A program made the position numbers and the translations under genes. The notes under the pieces were generated by a model. That model was not told the DNA's origin. It saw only the letters and a program-made list of their open reading frames with translations, and did no database searches. Shown one piece after another: positions 21,635 through 33,591 of a stretch of DNA of 64,000 bases; the stretch's first letter is position 1, and each line of letters begins with the position of its first letter. The stretch is from Candidatus Latescibacterota bacterium (GTDB taxonomy: Bacteria; Latescibacterota; UBA2968): positions 1,344,001-1,408,000 of the forward strand of contig OZ240241.1 of the NCBI GenBank assembly GCA_965198115.1. The letters are read 5' to 3'.

Positions 21635-21867
21635 GAGCGAGCTTCATAGCGCCTGATAGACGCGGGATTCCAGCCTGACAGCCCGATCCGCGACATCTGC
21701 CGATAGGGCCGGCTCCTCCACCCAGGGTCGCCCTTTCTACGTGGCGGAAAGACCTTCCCCTATCGATCTGCCCGCAGGCCTGACCGTTACAGGCATTAAT
21801 CCTTTATAAACAGTCTTTTATATCATGCCAAGCCGACCGGCACAGGCTTTGCCCTTCCCTGACGGTC

Positions 21868-23856
21868 GTGACAGACAGAGCGAACATACTCACGGGTGCC
21901 GCCGCACTGTTCCTCGGGGGCCACCTGATCGCCGCTTACCTGGACCCAGGTCCTGTCTGGGGCGTCGACTTCCTGGCCCACGTCGGCACTCTCCCGACTT
22001 TCGCTTTCGTAATCCTCTCCTTGAGCTTGTTCGCCCTCAGTCTCTACGCTCACCGGATACGGGTTCCCTGGAATCCGTGGGCCTCTTTCTGGACCGAGCT
22101 GGCCACCTCCATCTGCCTGGGTGTCGTGGGCCTTTTGCTCTTCGTCAGTTTTTCCTCGCGAGTACATCTGCTCGGCGATGGTCTCCTCTACCTGAGAGAA
22201 CTGTCCGAAACCCTCTCCCTACCCGAATACCCGAGAATGGATCGAGCGCCCCTTTCATTCTGGCTTCTGCATCGGATGGGCGTCGGTCTGGCGAGCCTCG
22301 GTGTGTCCGCGGAGATGACGTTCAGGTCATTCAGCTACGCGAGCGGGTTTCTGTATATCGTGGGAGCGATCCGGTTGGCCGCAGTTCTGGCTGAGAGAAC
22401 GACATCCAGATACCTCATCCTCTTCGGTCTTCTGACGTCCAGCTACATTCAGCTTTACTTCGGCTACATCGAAACCTACCCGCTCGTTACGACGGGCATT
22501 CTCCTCTACTGTCTGCTCGCATTCGCGAGCCTGCGGGGAACGACGACGTGAGTGCCCGCGGCAGTGACCCTGGGTATCGTGATTCCTCTGCACGTGGCTA
22601 CGGCGGCCCTCCTCCCTTCGCTGATCCTGTTGTCGCCCGCTTCCCACGGGTCGGGTGTGAGATGGGACGCTTGCCTACCATCAGTCGCTGCCGGTTCTAT
22701 CGCCTACGTCATCCTGTCCCTGTTGGGCTTCAACTTCGTCGACCTGGTATCGAGCGATGGCGCAAGCATGCTTCCCATCGTTGCTGCTGGAACCTCCCAG
22801 CCCTACGGCCTGATCTCCCTCGACCACCTCACCAACTGGTTGAGTGAATTTCTCCTCGTCTGTCCGGCCGTGCTGGTTGTGTTGCTCGTCGTCGGGTGGA
22901 GAACATCGGATCGCCACGGCACGTTCTTTCTCAGTGTGGCGACGCTTCCCCTCCTGGCATTCACCTTCCTCGCCAGCCCGGAGATCGGTGCCTTTCGGGA
23001 CTGGGATGTCCTATCGCTCCCGGCGGTACCCGCCACGATCTGGGCCTTGCTGTCGTTCACGAGAGCTTTCGAGGGCCGGTCGGCCTATGCACGTGCCTCC
23101 TGGCAGACGTGGGGCGCCTGTGCAATCCATACGATGTTCTGGGTGGGACTGAACGCAGACGCGGATGCGGCAGAAACTCGATTTGAAAGAAACCTTGCCC
23201 GGGCATCGCTCGGAGTTCACGCGACCACCTACGGTTGGGAAACACTCGCTGCCCACTACCGCCTATCGGATCGCATGGAGCCGGCCTTTCACGCCTATCA
23301 GCGGGCCATCGAAGCGTGTCCCGAAAAGGCTCGGCTGTGGACCTGCCTCGGCAGTACCGCCCTGGATCTCGGCAATGCCGAATTGGCACTCAGAGCGTAT
23401 GCAAAGGGCACGGAGCTCGAACCTCATTCCGAGACGTACTACAACATCGGACTGGCTTGCGAAGCACTCGGACGCAAGGATGACGCCATGAAGGCTTACG
23501 TGTCCGTTTGACGTGAAACCCCCCGCACTCAATTGAACCGCCGGTTCCCGAAGGCGCTCAACAATCTTGGCGCGCTCTTCTTTAAAAAAGGAGACTACGA
23601 CAAGGCTGTAACGTGCTATGAAACGGCCCTGTCGATCGACAAAACCAAGGCTCCGATTCACAATAACCTGGGGACAGCCTACTACAAGATGAACGACCTC
23701 CATCGGGCGGAGCAGTGCTATCTGGAAGCCATCCGCAGAGAGCCGTCAATGCCTCAACCCTACAGCAACCTGGCTGCGGTCTACGTCGATATCGGACTGT
23801 CCGGAAAGGCCAACCAGTTGTTGGCAGAGGCGAATCGACTGTCGACGCTACGCTAG
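21868..23856 (+). pseudogene. Polytopic membrane protein with C-terminal TPRs, two in-frame TGA stops
   Basis: Three consecutive ORFs in the same frame; HLLGDG, FGYIETY, RDWD membrane motifs then TPRs; TGA at 22549 and 23509. Confidence 0.8.
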
Positions 23857-23877
23857 TAAACGCCTCAAAATTGAAAC

Positions 23878-23917
23878 GGCCGGCTCCAGTAATGGAACCG
23901 GCCACTCTTGTTTTTTT
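23878..23917 (+). terminator. Rho-independent terminator
   Basis: Stem GGCCGGCTCCA/TGGAACCGGCC followed by a T-run, downstream of the TPR gene. Confidence 0.6.
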
Positions 23918-24068
23918 GATCACCCTACATCGTGGCCTGTTGCCCTCTACACTAGGAGGCAGAGCCCGTCTCTACCGCCGACCGCCGACCGCAGACCGCC
24001 CACCGCCCTAGCCACCAGTTCCCGGTCCGAGACCGCTCCCACCGTCAGCCGTCAACCCTCTGCCTTCC

Positions 24069-24899
24069 CTATCCCCTCCGAATCGCCTTGAACTTCTGGA
24101 TTTGCTCCGTAATGGCCACTTCCGTCGGAAGCCGCTCCATCGAACTCGCCCCGTAGAAACCGTCCGCCTCCGGCGCCCGATCCAGCACATACTTCGCATC
24201 GTCGGGCATGGCGATCGGGCCACCGTGGCAGAGCACGATCACATCCTCCCTCACCGTTCGCGCGGCATCGGCGATGGCCTTCACCTCCGCCACCGATTCA
24301 TCGAGCGTCTTGGCCGTCTGGGCACCGATCGAACCGCTCGTCGTCAGCCCCATGTGGGCGACGACAATGTCCGCCCCCGCCTCTGCCATCACCTTCGCCT
24401 CCTCCGTATTGAAGGCATAGGGAGTCGTCAGCATATCCAGGTCGTGTGCGGCGGCCACGCACTCGACCTCCATCTGGTAGCTCATTCCCGTTTCTTCCAG
24501 GTTCGCTCGAAAGATGCCGTCGATCAACCCGACCGTCGGGAAATTCTGGATACCCGCGAACCCCAGATCTTTCAACTCCCGAAGAAAATAGTCTCGAATC
24601 ATGAACGGATCGGTCCCGCAGACCCCGGCCAGGATGGGTGTATGTTCGACGGCCGTAATGACCTCGAACGCCATCTCCTTGACCACCTCGTTCGCGTTGC
24701 CGTAGGGCATGATTCCAGACAAAGATCCACGACCGGCCATCCGATAGCGGCCGGAATTGTAGATCACGATCAGGTCGATCCCCCCCGCCTCTTCGCACTT
24801 GGCCGAGATGCCCGTACCCGCGCCCCCACCGATGATGGGTTCGTTGGCGTCGATCTTCTCGCGCAGCCGTGCAAGTATGCCTGCTCTCGAGTTATCCAT
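24069..24899 (-). CDS. Phosphoenolpyruvate hydrolase-like TIM-barrel protein
   Basis: [52 protein letters not shown]. Confidence 0.93.
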   Translation of the reverse strand: MDNSRAGILARLREKIDANEPIIGGGAGTGISAKCEEAGGIDLIVIYNSGRYRMAGRGSLSGIMPYGNANEVVKEMAFEVITAVEHTPILAGVCGTDPFMIRDYFLRELKDLGFAGIQNFPTVGLIDGIFRANLEETGMSYQMEVECVAAAHDLDMLTTPYAFNTEEAKVMAEAGADIVVAHMGLTTSGSIGAQTAKTLDESVAEVKAIADAARTVREDVIVLCHGGPIAMPDDAKYVLDRAPEADGFYGASSMERLPTEVAITEQIQKFKAIRRG

Positions 24900-25022
24900 T
24901 TGATCTCCAGAGTGCGTTGACCGTGAGCCGCTATCCGTCGTCCGCAGAACCCCACACCTCGCCCAGTAACGGCCCCTGAGCTCGGGTGCTGGATCCCCGG
25001 CAAACGGATCCCGGCCAACGGT

Positions 25023-26255
25023 TCACGTCCCTTGGTCCTTCTTGCTGATGAGCTCCACCATCATTTCAACGGCTTTCGTCGAAAACGCCTCATCGTTGAT
25101 GTTCGCGTCGATCTCCACGACCGGAATGTCGTCGTTCAGGTTTTCCTTCAGCGCATCGAACATGGCCTGGTCGGCTTCGCGGTCGCAGAACATCTCGCCG
25201 TCGCCATCCAGAATAGACACGCCCTTGAGTGGAATCAGAAACGCAACCGGGCCCTTCGCCGCGTTGGCCTTTTCCGCAAACGCCTGACCCATCTGCCGAT
25301 TCTCCTCGACGTTCGTGCGCATCAGCGTCACGGTCGGGTTCCACTCGTAGAAGGTCCGACTCCCGTCCTTGAACTTCTCGGGCACCGAATCCATACCGAC
25401 GAAGTTAGCCATGTCGACACATCCCGGCGAAATCAGATGCGGGACCCCCATCTCACCGGCCGCACTCAGCCGATCGGCCCCGGCATCGAACACGCCGCCG
25501 CAAACGGTATCAGCCCATTCGGTCGTCGTGATGTCCAGGACGGCATCGACGAGCCCTTCCCGCACGAGCGATTCCATCGTCTGCCCACCCGTACCTGTCG
25601 CGTGAAAGACCAGCACTTCATAACCTGCTTCGTCCAACGCCGCACGACAGGCATCCACGCACTCGGTCGTGTTTCCGAACATCGACGCCGTGATGATGGG
25701 CTTCTCATCCGTAACCACGGGGATTTCGGATTCGGCCATCCCACAGATCGCGCCCGCCGCACGGGCGAAGATGATGCGCGAAACCCGATTGATCCCGGCC
25801 ACATCCACGATCGACGGAATCATCGTCACATCCTTGGTACCCACGTAGGGACTCGTGTCCCCGGAGGCAGCGGTCGACACACAGACCTTCGGAAACCCGA
25901 CCGGTAACGCTCGCATGGCGGCCGCCACGACCGTCGATCCGCCTGTCCCTCCCATTCCGATGATCCCGTCGATGCAACCTTCGTCGTGAAGACGCTTAGC
26001 TACGACCGGGGCACCTGCCGACATGACCTTCATCGCCTCTCCCCGATCCTGGTCCACACGCAGGACTTCCAGGTCACCATCGCCCGCCTTGGCCACATCG
26101 TCAGCTTCAACATCGACCGGAAACGCATCCGTCGTACCCATCACGCCGGTGTTGGCAGCGAGAACTTCGTGCCCTCGAGACAGAATCTGGTCCCTGAGAA
26201 AGGCGTACTCCTCTCCTTTGGTGTCGAACGAACCGATCATCAGAATCTTGGCCAT
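25023..26255 (-). CDS. Tm-1-like ATP-binding domain protein (UPF0261)
   Basis: GSFDTKGEE, LPVGFPK, SMFGNTT, VFHATGTGG, DITTTE, TLMRT. Confidence 0.93.
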   Translation of the reverse strand: MAKILMIGSFDTKGEEYAFLRDQILSRGHEVLAANTGVMGTTDAFPVDVEADDVAKAGDGDLEVLRVDQDRGEAMKVMSAGAPVVAKRLHDEGCIDGIIGMGGTGGSTVVAAAMRALPVGFPKVCVSTAASGDTSPYVGTKDVTMIPSIVDVAGINRVSRIIFARAAGAICGMAESEIPVVTDEKPIITASMFGNTTECVDACRAALDEAGYEVLVFHATGTGGQTMESLVREGLVDAVLDITTTEWADTVCGGVFDAGADRLSAAGEMGVPHLISPGCVDMANFVGMDSVPEKFKDGSRTFYEWNPTVTLMRTNVEENRQMGQAFAEKANAAKGPVAFLIPLKGVSILDGDGEMFCDREADQAMFDALKENLNDDIPVVEIDANINDEAFSTKAVEMMVELISKKDQGT

Positions 26256-26266
26256 ACGATCCTCTT

Positions 26267-27103
26267 TCACTCTATGTTGGGCGGCAATACGTTTGCGACG
26301 AAGCCGATCTCTTCCCGAATACGATTGACGTCATAGACACTGTCGTAGGTGTGGGCCGGTTGCCTGAAATGGCTCACGTCTACTTCACTCCCCCACCAGT
26401 TTTCAAGGATGTCGGCCACGGGGTCGGCGGACCACGCGCGAGGCCCAGCCGCGTTCATCACGCGAACACCCGGGCAGTGATCGGACTCCGCGGCGAGACG
26501 GAACGCGCGAACCCCATCGCTCAGCGCCATCACCGTCAGCCCACCCAGACACCACGCGGGTTGGGGACCTATCGTGCGGAGCGGTGGAAGATCGCCGCCG
26601 GGTACCGAAGAAAGACGAAGATTCACGACATCGATATCCTCGAACTGTCGCTGAACGTAGCGCGTCACCTCTTCCATGAGATACTTGGACAGTCCATAGC
26701 CATCCCGATCCAAGCAGGGATGTTCGTCGGAGATCGGAAGCTCGAGCGGTCGGAACGAAAGACTCTGCATTCCGACGGCCGCGATGGAGCTTGCCATCAC
26801 GAACTTTCGACATCCGCGTTCGGCCACGTATCGCATCAGGCAACGGGTCCCTTCGACGTTGACCTGAATCCCCTCCCGTTCTGCACATCCTCCGGTCACC
26901 GCCCCCAGGTGGACAACGGTGTCGAAGACGTGGCCATCCAGCTGACGCAGATCCTCGAAATGGGCGAACGACCCCCTGACCCACGCATCGTTTCCGCGGG
27001 GCGCCGCACGGCTCAAGCCTACGACCTCGTGTGAGTCGGTCAGGTCGGCCGCAAGGGCACGCCCGATCAATCCACTCGCCCCCGTGACCAGGATCTTACT
27101 CAT
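26267..27103 (-). CDS. NAD-dependent epimerase/dehydratase
   Basis: ILVTGASGLIG, VHLGA, NVEGT, ASS, YGLSK. Confidence 0.9.
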   Translation of the reverse strand: MSKILVTGASGLIGRALAADLTDSHEVVGLSRAAPRGNDAWVRGSFAHFEDLRQLDGHVFDTVVHLGAVTGGCAEREGIQVNVEGTRCLMRYVAERGCRKFVMASSIAAVGMQSLSFRPLELPISDEHPCLDRDGYGLSKYLMEEVTRYVQRQFEDIDVVNLRLSSVPGGDLPPLRTIGPQPAWCLGGLTVMALSDGVRAFRLAAESDHCPGVRVMNAAGPRAWSADPVADILENWWGSEVDVSHFRQPAHTYDSVYDVNRIREEIGFVANVLPPNIE

Positions 27104-27302
27104 CTCGATCTCTCCATAGCGAAGAGCATGGGTAAACACGAACTTCGATCCGCGCAACTCGGGATGCGGGCGTGGGGCCACCGACAGCGTGGACACCCCT
27201 TCCCGGCTCACCTAACTTGCCGAAGCCGGTCCGCCTCGAAACACGACGTGGCTGACTCAAGGCAGGATCAACGATCATCACACCCATCGGAGAGGCTCGC
27301 TG

Positions 27303-27920
27303 ATGTTTTACGAACCAAAAGACGGCCACGGATTGCCCGATAACCCGCTCGGGGCGATCGTTACACCGCGTCCCATCGGTTGGATCTCGACGCTCGGTGC
27401 GACAGGTGTCGCGAACCTGGCCCCGTACTCCTTCTTCAACGCCGTCGCATACGATCCACCGCAGGTCATGTTCGCAGCCACGACCAGCCACGCCTTCGGC
27501 GGCTTGAAAGACTCCGTGACCAACGCAGAGACCACCGGAGAGTTCGTCGTCAATCTCGTCACGCACGATCTTCGCGAACAGATGAACGCCTCGGCCGTTG
27601 CTGCGCCCTCCGACATCGACGAATTCGAGTACGCCGGTCTCTCCAAGGCCTCATCCTACGTCATTCAGACACCTCGGGTCGCTGAAAGCCCCGCTCACCT
27701 CGAATGTCGATTCGTGACACGCGTCGATCTGCCGACCGATAACGGCGACCCTAACGTCGTCGTCTTTGGTCAGGTGGTGGGCGTCCACATCGACGACCGG
27801 TATCTCGTCGACGGACGCGTCGATACGGTCGGGATGCGTCCCATTGGCCGGCTCGGATACATCGACTACGTCGAAGTGGGAGAGGCCTTCTCTATGGAGC
27901 GACCCGTCTGGGAGGGGTGA
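27303..27920 (+). CDS. Flavin reductase family protein (DIM6/NTAB)
   Basis: PRPIGWIST, NLAPYSFFN, KDS, TGEFVVN, LEC, GRLG. Confidence 0.92.
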   Translation: MFYEPKDGHGLPDNPLGAIVTPRPIGWISTLGATGVANLAPYSFFNAVAYDPPQVMFAATTSHAFGGLKDSVTNAETTGEFVVNLVTHDLREQMNASAVAAPSDIDEFEYAGLSKASSYVIQTPRVAESPAHLECRFVTRVDLPTDNGDPNVVVFGQVVGVHIDDRYLVDGRVDTVGMRPIGRLGYIDYVEVGEAFSMERPVWEG

Positions 27921-28070
27921 CTCGGTGCCGGGCCAGGTTGGGTCTTTGCCCCGCAGCTCCGGGTTGAAAAAAGATCTTTACACCTTTATTTACAATTGTT
28001 TATACACCTGAACAGATGTGCCGATTTTCGTGCTTGTTTTTGCACACATTTCCCTTATATAGATATCAGC

Positions 28071-29351
28071 ATGGATGCTGTGACCGATAAAAATGTGTTG
28101 ATCGTCGACAAAGCCAGCATGGCGGGGCTCATCTCCAAAATGCTCAGCGAGGCGCAGAACCACATCGTCGAAGACGGCGTGGTTGCGGTCGATCACCTCA
28201 TCGACACCCATCCCGACGTCATCGTCGCCGATGTCAACGTGCAAGGATCAGGGATCCGTTTGGCCGAGTTGGTCGGAATCAGCCCCAAGCTGAACCACAT
28301 CCCGGTCATTCTAACGTCGGCTGACCCCACCGCCGAAACCATCGTCAAGGCCCGGAACGCCGGCGCCAGCTCTTATCTCGCAAAACCCTTTCGGCCGAGC
28401 GAGCTTCGATCGCGAATCGTCGCTGTCGCTTCCGATCCTGAGATAGAACAGGCCGAAGAAGAGCCCGAGATCTCCAACCCGTGGAATACGGACGATCGCG
28501 ACAATGTCTTCGAGTCCCGGGTACGCGCAATCGACGGGCTTCCGGCCTTCCCAACCACCCACGCCGAAATCCTCAAACTCGCCAAAAGCGAGAATGCCAC
28601 GAGCGACGAGATCGCAGAAAAGGTTCAGCTCGACATCGGGCTGCTCGCCCGCGTCTTCAAACTCGTCAACTCCTCCTCCTTCGGGTTCTCCAAACGCGTC
28701 TCCTCCCTCAACCTCGCCGTAACTCTGCTCGGGTTGGAAGAGATCGCCAACCTCGTCATGACGGTCCAGGTCTTCGAACGTCTCGGAGGCGAAAGCGAGG
28801 ACGGCCGGCTCGATCTCAAGGCCTTCTGGCGACACACCGTCGGCACGGGCTTCGCCGCAAAGGCCATTGCTCGCAAGCTGCAGGTCGAACTGGAATCAGC
28901 CTTTCTGGCGGGCATCCTGCACGATCTGGGGAAGGTTGTCCTCGACCGATACTTTTCCGATTACTACAGCGCTGTCCTCAGACACGTTCGACGCGAGGGC
29001 GGAACGTTGCTCGAGGCCGAAGAAAACTACCTCGGTCTAACACACGCAGACATCGGCGCTCAGCTTGCCACCCAGTGGCAGTTCTCGCCCCAATACCTCA
29101 ACGCCATCCATCACCACCACCGACCGGCCGAAGCCACCCGATACCAGCGACTCGTCTGTCTGGTACATATGGCAGACGCACTGTGTCGAGAACTCGATTT
29201 CGGGTCCGGCGGCGACAGTGAAACGGTCGATATCGATGACCACGTCCTCGATCGCTTTTCGCTTCGCGATCGGGGCGTATACCACCTGCGCGAAGCCGTG
29301 AAGGAAGAGCTGAACAACGCCGACTCCTTTCTGGCTGCCCTGTCCTCCTGA
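28071..29351 (+). CDS. Response regulator with HDOD domain
   Basis: N-terminal REC (VADV, YLAKPF); LPAFP, KLVNSS, FWRH, AGILHDLGK, THADIG. Confidence 0.9.
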   Translation: MDAVTDKNVLIVDKASMAGLISKMLSEAQNHIVEDGVVAVDHLIDTHPDVIVADVNVQGSGIRLAELVGISPKLNHIPVILTSADPTAETIVKARNAGASSYLAKPFRPSELRSRIVAVASDPEIEQAEEEPEISNPWNTDDRDNVFESRVRAIDGLPAFPTTHAEILKLAKSENATSDEIAEKVQLDIGLLARVFKLVNSSSFGFSKRVSSLNLAVTLLGLEEIANLVMTVQVFERLGGESEDGRLDLKAFWRHTVGTGFAAKAIARKLQVELESAFLAGILHDLGKVVLDRYFSDYYSAVLRHVRREGGTLLEAEENYLGLTHADIGAQLATQWQFSPQYLNAIHHHHRPAEATRYQRLVCLVHMADALCRELDFGSGGDSETVDIDDHVLDRFSLRDRGVYHLREAVKEELNNADSFLAALSS

Positions 29352-29491
29352 AGTATCAAACACGCTACGTTGGCACAAGCGGCACTGATCCTGGCCGGCT
29401 CTGATGCCGAGTCCAGAAGACAGTCTTGACACCGACATCGGTTCGGCTTATAACCTCGCAGGAGACGCCACCACAACCGAAAGGAGGCGCC

Positions 29492-29881
29492 ATGCTGAAT
29501 CTGACTTTCATCGCACGCATCATTCTCGGCCTCATCTTCTTTGTCTTCGGGATAAACGGATTCCTCCAGTTTATGCCCATGCCCGAGCTGTCCGAACCGG
29601 GTGCCGCCCTGATGGGCGCCCTGGCAGCCACCGGGTACTTCTTCCCCGTCCTCAAGCTCGTCGAGGTCGTGAGCGGGGCGCTCCTCCTCACGGATCGGTT
29701 CGTCCCCCTCGCCCTTGTTCTGCTCGCGCCGGTCGCCGTTCAGATTCTCCTGTTCCACATCGCGCTCGAGCCTGCGGGGCTGCCCATGGCGGCTTTGATC
29801 GCTGTTTTGATGGGGTATCTGGGGTTCGTCGGATTCAGATCCAGCTTCACCGGCGTTCTCGCGGCAACACCCGAAGGCTGA
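29492..29881 (+). CDS. DoxX-family membrane protein
   Basis: ARIILGLIFFVFGINGF, ATGY, LAPV..ILLFH; RBS AGGAGG. Confidence 0.85.
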   Translation: MLNLTFIARIILGLIFFVFGINGFLQFMPMPELSEPGAALMGALAATGYFFPVLKLVEVVSGALLLTDRFVPLALVLLAPVAVQILLFHIALEPAGLPMAALIAVLMGYLGFVGFRSSFTGVLAATPEG

Positions 29882-29960
29882 ACCCAATTCCAACACCGGG
29901 GGATGTGTCCCGCAGGACGCCTCCCTCTCGTGCTCTACCCGTCGCAATGAAAGGAATGGC

Positions 29961-31556
29961 ATGCGGAAACAGTTCCTGGTCTTCTCCGTTCTCCTGCTCG
30001 CCGCCATCGGCGGAATCGCGACCGTCTGGAAGCCCATCATCTGGTCGCTCTTGCTAATCGGCCCGATCGTGTTGTGGGGGCTTTGCGACATGTACCTCAC
30101 AACCGCCACCATCGTCCGAAACTTCCCGATCGTCGGTCGGGGTCGTTACGTCATGGAGGCCCTTCGTCCGAAGATCTATCAGTACTTCATCGAGTCCGAC
30201 ATCGACGGAACACCGATCAACCGGGTCTTTCGGTCTCTCGTCTACCAGCGCGCCAAGAAAGAGCTCGACACGGTGCCGTTCGGCACCGAGTTCGACGTCT
30301 ACCGCGTAGGTTATGAATACATCCACCATTCGCTCGGCGCACTCGACGCACGCGAGGTCGACCACGATCTTCGCACCATCGTCGGGTGCAAGGACTGCGC
30401 ACAGCCCTACAACGCCAGTCTTCTGAACATCTCTGCCATGTCGTATGGGTCCCTCAGCAAAAACGCCATTCTGGCCCTCAACGGCGGGGCGAAGAAAGGG
30501 AATTTCGCCCACAACACCGGTGAAGGAGGCTTGAGTCCATATCATCTCGAACCGGGTGGCGACCTGATCTGGCAGGTGGGAACCGGATACTTCAGTACCC
30601 GTACAAAGGAAGGCGCCTTCTGTCCCAACACCTTCGAGGAAAGGTGTGCCGAACCCACTGTGAAAATGATCGAGATCAAGCTGTCTCAGGGAGCAAAACC
30701 GGGACACGGGGGCATTCTTCCGGGCGCGAAAAACACACCCGAAATCGCCGCCATTCGAGGCGTAGAACCCCATGAAGACATCATCTCTCCACCCGCGCAC
30801 ACAGCCTTCCACACGCCCATCGAGTTGATGGAGTTCATCGCCCTGCTTCGCGAAAAGTCGAAGGGCAAACCGATCGGCTTCAAGCTTTGCGTCGGTCGTC
30901 AGAGCGAATTTTTCGCCCTGTGCAAAGCGATGGTCGAAACGGGCATTACGCCTGACTTCATCACCGTGGACGGCGGTGAGGGCGGAACTGGAGCGGCGCC
31001 TCCTGAGTATTCGAACTCGGTCGGCATGCCACTCCGAGACGGGCTCGCTTTCGTCGTCGACGCGCTCGTTGGTTACGGCCTTCGCGACAACATTCGGATC
31101 ATCGCCAGCGGCAAGATCATCACAGGCTTTCACATGGCACGGGTCCTCGCACTCGGTGCCGACATGACGAGCAGTGCACGGGCGATGATGCTCGCCCTGG
31201 GGTGTATCCAGGCGCTCGAGTGTAATCAGAACATCTGTCCCACCGGGATCACCACACAGGATCCCAACCTGACCGCGGGCCTGATCGTGTCAGACAAAGT
31301 GGATCGCGTCTGTAACTATCAGAGCGAAACGGTTCGTGCCCTCGCCGACCTGCTCACGGCCTCCGGCCACACGCATCCCGAAGAAATCGAACGCGACCAC
31401 ATCTATCAACGCGTCAGCACCAATCAGATTATGCGATACGACGAGATCTACCCTGAGGTAAAGCCCGGCTGCATGATCAGCGGGGACATACCGGCCTATT
31501 ACCGCCGTTACCACGCCGAAGCTCAGACGGCGTCCTTCGAGCCCGTCCACGCCTGA
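29961..31556 (+). CDS. FMN-binding glutamate synthase family protein (stand-alone, N-terminal TM)
   Basis: ISAMSYGSLS, NTGEGG, EIKLSQGAKPGHGG, VDGGEGGTGAAP, GCIQALEC...CPTG. Confidence 0.93.
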   Translation: MRKQFLVFSVLLLAAIGGIATVWKPIIWSLLLIGPIVLWGLCDMYLTTATIVRNFPIVGRGRYVMEALRPKIYQYFIESDIDGTPINRVFRSLVYQRAKKELDTVPFGTEFDVYRVGYEYIHHSLGALDAREVDHDLRTIVGCKDCAQPYNASLLNISAMSYGSLSKNAILALNGGAKKGNFAHNTGEGGLSPYHLEPGGDLIWQVGTGYFSTRTKEGAFCPNTFEERCAEPTVKMIEIKLSQGAKPGHGGILPGAKNTPEIAAIRGVEPHEDIISPPAHTAFHTPIELMEFIALLREKSKGKPIGFKLCVGRQSEFFALCKAMVETGITPDFITVDGGEGGTGAAPPEYSNSVGMPLRDGLAFVVDALVGYGLRDNIRIIASGKIITGFHMARVLALGADMTSSARAMMLALGCIQALECNQNICPTGITTQDPNLTAGLIVSDKVDRVCNYQSETVRALADLLTASGHTHPEEIERDHIYQRVSTNQIMRYDEIYPEVKPGCMISGDIPAYYRRYHAEAQTASFEPVHA

Positions 31557-31575
31557 CAAGCCTCACGACGAACAC

Positions 31576-31611
31576 AAAGCGCCCGATCGCATCGAATCGA
31601 TCGGGCGCTTT
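31576..31611. terminator. Rho-independent terminator between convergent genes
   Basis: AAAGCGCCCGATCG-loop-CGATCGGGCGCTTT. Confidence 0.75.
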
Positions 31612-33591
31612 GCATTGCCCCAGAGACTTTGGTCAATGGTCAGTTGTCAATGGTCAATGCCTGCCGTTCCCTCACCATCTCAAACCCTTCCAATAAATCG
31701 CGCGCAACGGTTCCCTGGCTTTGTCTCGGCGGATCGACGTCGAGCAAATGGCACAGTGTTGAACGACGTCCGCGGCGTGGATGTAACCGAGCGTTTCCGC
31801 GGGCCTCTCGTATCCCTGTTTCAGCCCGGGTCCAGCCAGCAAGAACGAGCCAAAGCTGGACGAGATGTCGCTCTGCGTCGGGACGAATCCTCCGTGATGG
31901 GCGCCGAATTCCTCGGGGGCACCCACGCAGCCGCCCCCGACGATGCCCCTCCACTGCCCGTAGTAACCTCTGACGTAGCCGTGATCCCACGCAAATATCA
32001 CATCGCCGCACTGGTCGCCCCATTGACCCAGAAGGTAGGCGTCACGATTGGGCAGTGCGATCGCGAACGGATTCCGGCCAACGGTCTCGTCAACCCACGT
32101 CCGCAATGCGAGCAGGACCTCCCGCTCGATCTCCTCGAACGCGGCCCCCGGATCGGCGTTGATCCATATGTCGAACCCCTTGTCATCCTTGAGATAGGCC
32201 TTCGTGCGGTCCCAGTCGATATCCCCCTCGAGGACTTGATCCTCATCCACACCCCTTGCCCCGGGCTTCAACACCGTAAACCCCTCGTCGACCAGGAACT
32301 TCCGAATATTCGCGATCCGCACGTCCGGCGACGCACCGTGATCGGCCAAGACACCCACATACGTCGAATCATCCGCACGATCCCAAAGCCTGCCCAGAAC
32401 CCGATCCCCCACGATGTACGACTTACGAAACATCTCCATCGCGTCGTCTTCCGTCGCCTTGTCATAAGCCGGACAGACTGGATCGACTTCGTGAAGGTGG
32501 ATGTGATTCAAGTAGTCGAATAAATGCCAGTGGCAGATGAAAAACGCGCAGCCCTTCTCGTGAAGCATGTAGTTGGCCACATCCGCGAACCAGAGCCCCT
32601 ATACTCACACTCCTCGAGTGCTGTATCGAAGTCACACATCCCCGCCGTGTAAGGTGTCATCGAGGCGTGCTCCTGGTAAGGTCCGAACCGCTCGACCAGT
32701 TCTCGCGCCAGATCGTCGGGATAGCTGAACCCGTCAGCGTATGTGACCTGTGTGCGATACAACTTCAGATGCGATCCGTCGGGGGCTATCTCCATCGGTT
32801 TCACACGAAACGAGGCGCGTTGTTCGCGACCGTCGATCTGGAACTTTTCGGTCGCCCACATAGACCACGACCCGGCGGTCGCCTTCGTTACGACCTCCTT
32901 CCCGTTCCGGCCCCGGCAAAGCCGGAGCGTATCGTAGCCCCGATCCGAGGAGTCCAACAACAGCAGACCGAACGACGTCGTCTCACCACCGAGCCTCGCC
33001 ACGACCTCGATCTCGGAAGCCAGCGGAGGAGCGTGGCCATCCGGCAGGTTGTCCCACCCGGCGGCCTCCTGGAGCATCGGAATCGTGGTCACGCTCTGTT
33101 GTGACGAACGGGGTGCGGTCCCGTCGTGATCCATCGTGACCGTCGCAGCGGCATCCGCCGTCGTATACGCCTGGCACGAAGCGACTTCGTAATCCGTAGC
33201 GGCGTGTCCTGGATGGCCGAAGCCATCGACCACGTAACCCTTCTCCACGGCCGACGGATGCGCAGCAGGATAGTGAACGGCCACACCCTTCAACCCCTCG
33301 CGCTCGAGCGCATTCCAGATTCTCTCGGCGTTGTTCGCCGGGCCGGAGAAACTGTCGATGCGTTCGCCCGGAGCAACTTCGACCCGCCATCGCGACACGC
33401 CGTGGGTGCCCGTATGCGTCCCCGTCGACAGCGTTGCCCAGTTCGTCGGCGTCCAAACCGGAAAGGATGGCAATGTCTGATTGACCGTACCCCCTTCCAG
33501 CATCCTCGTGAAATTCGGGAGAACACCTTCCCGGGCAAAGTGCTTCATCATCGGCGTGATGAAGCCATCCATGCCGTACGCACAAATTTTT

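Noticed and set aside
21868-23856. Selenocysteine or alternative genetic code at two in-frame TGAs
   Set aside because: TGA ends many intact genes here; the positions are not Cys-like catalytic sites and no SECIS-like hairpin was evident; nonsense mutation is simpler.
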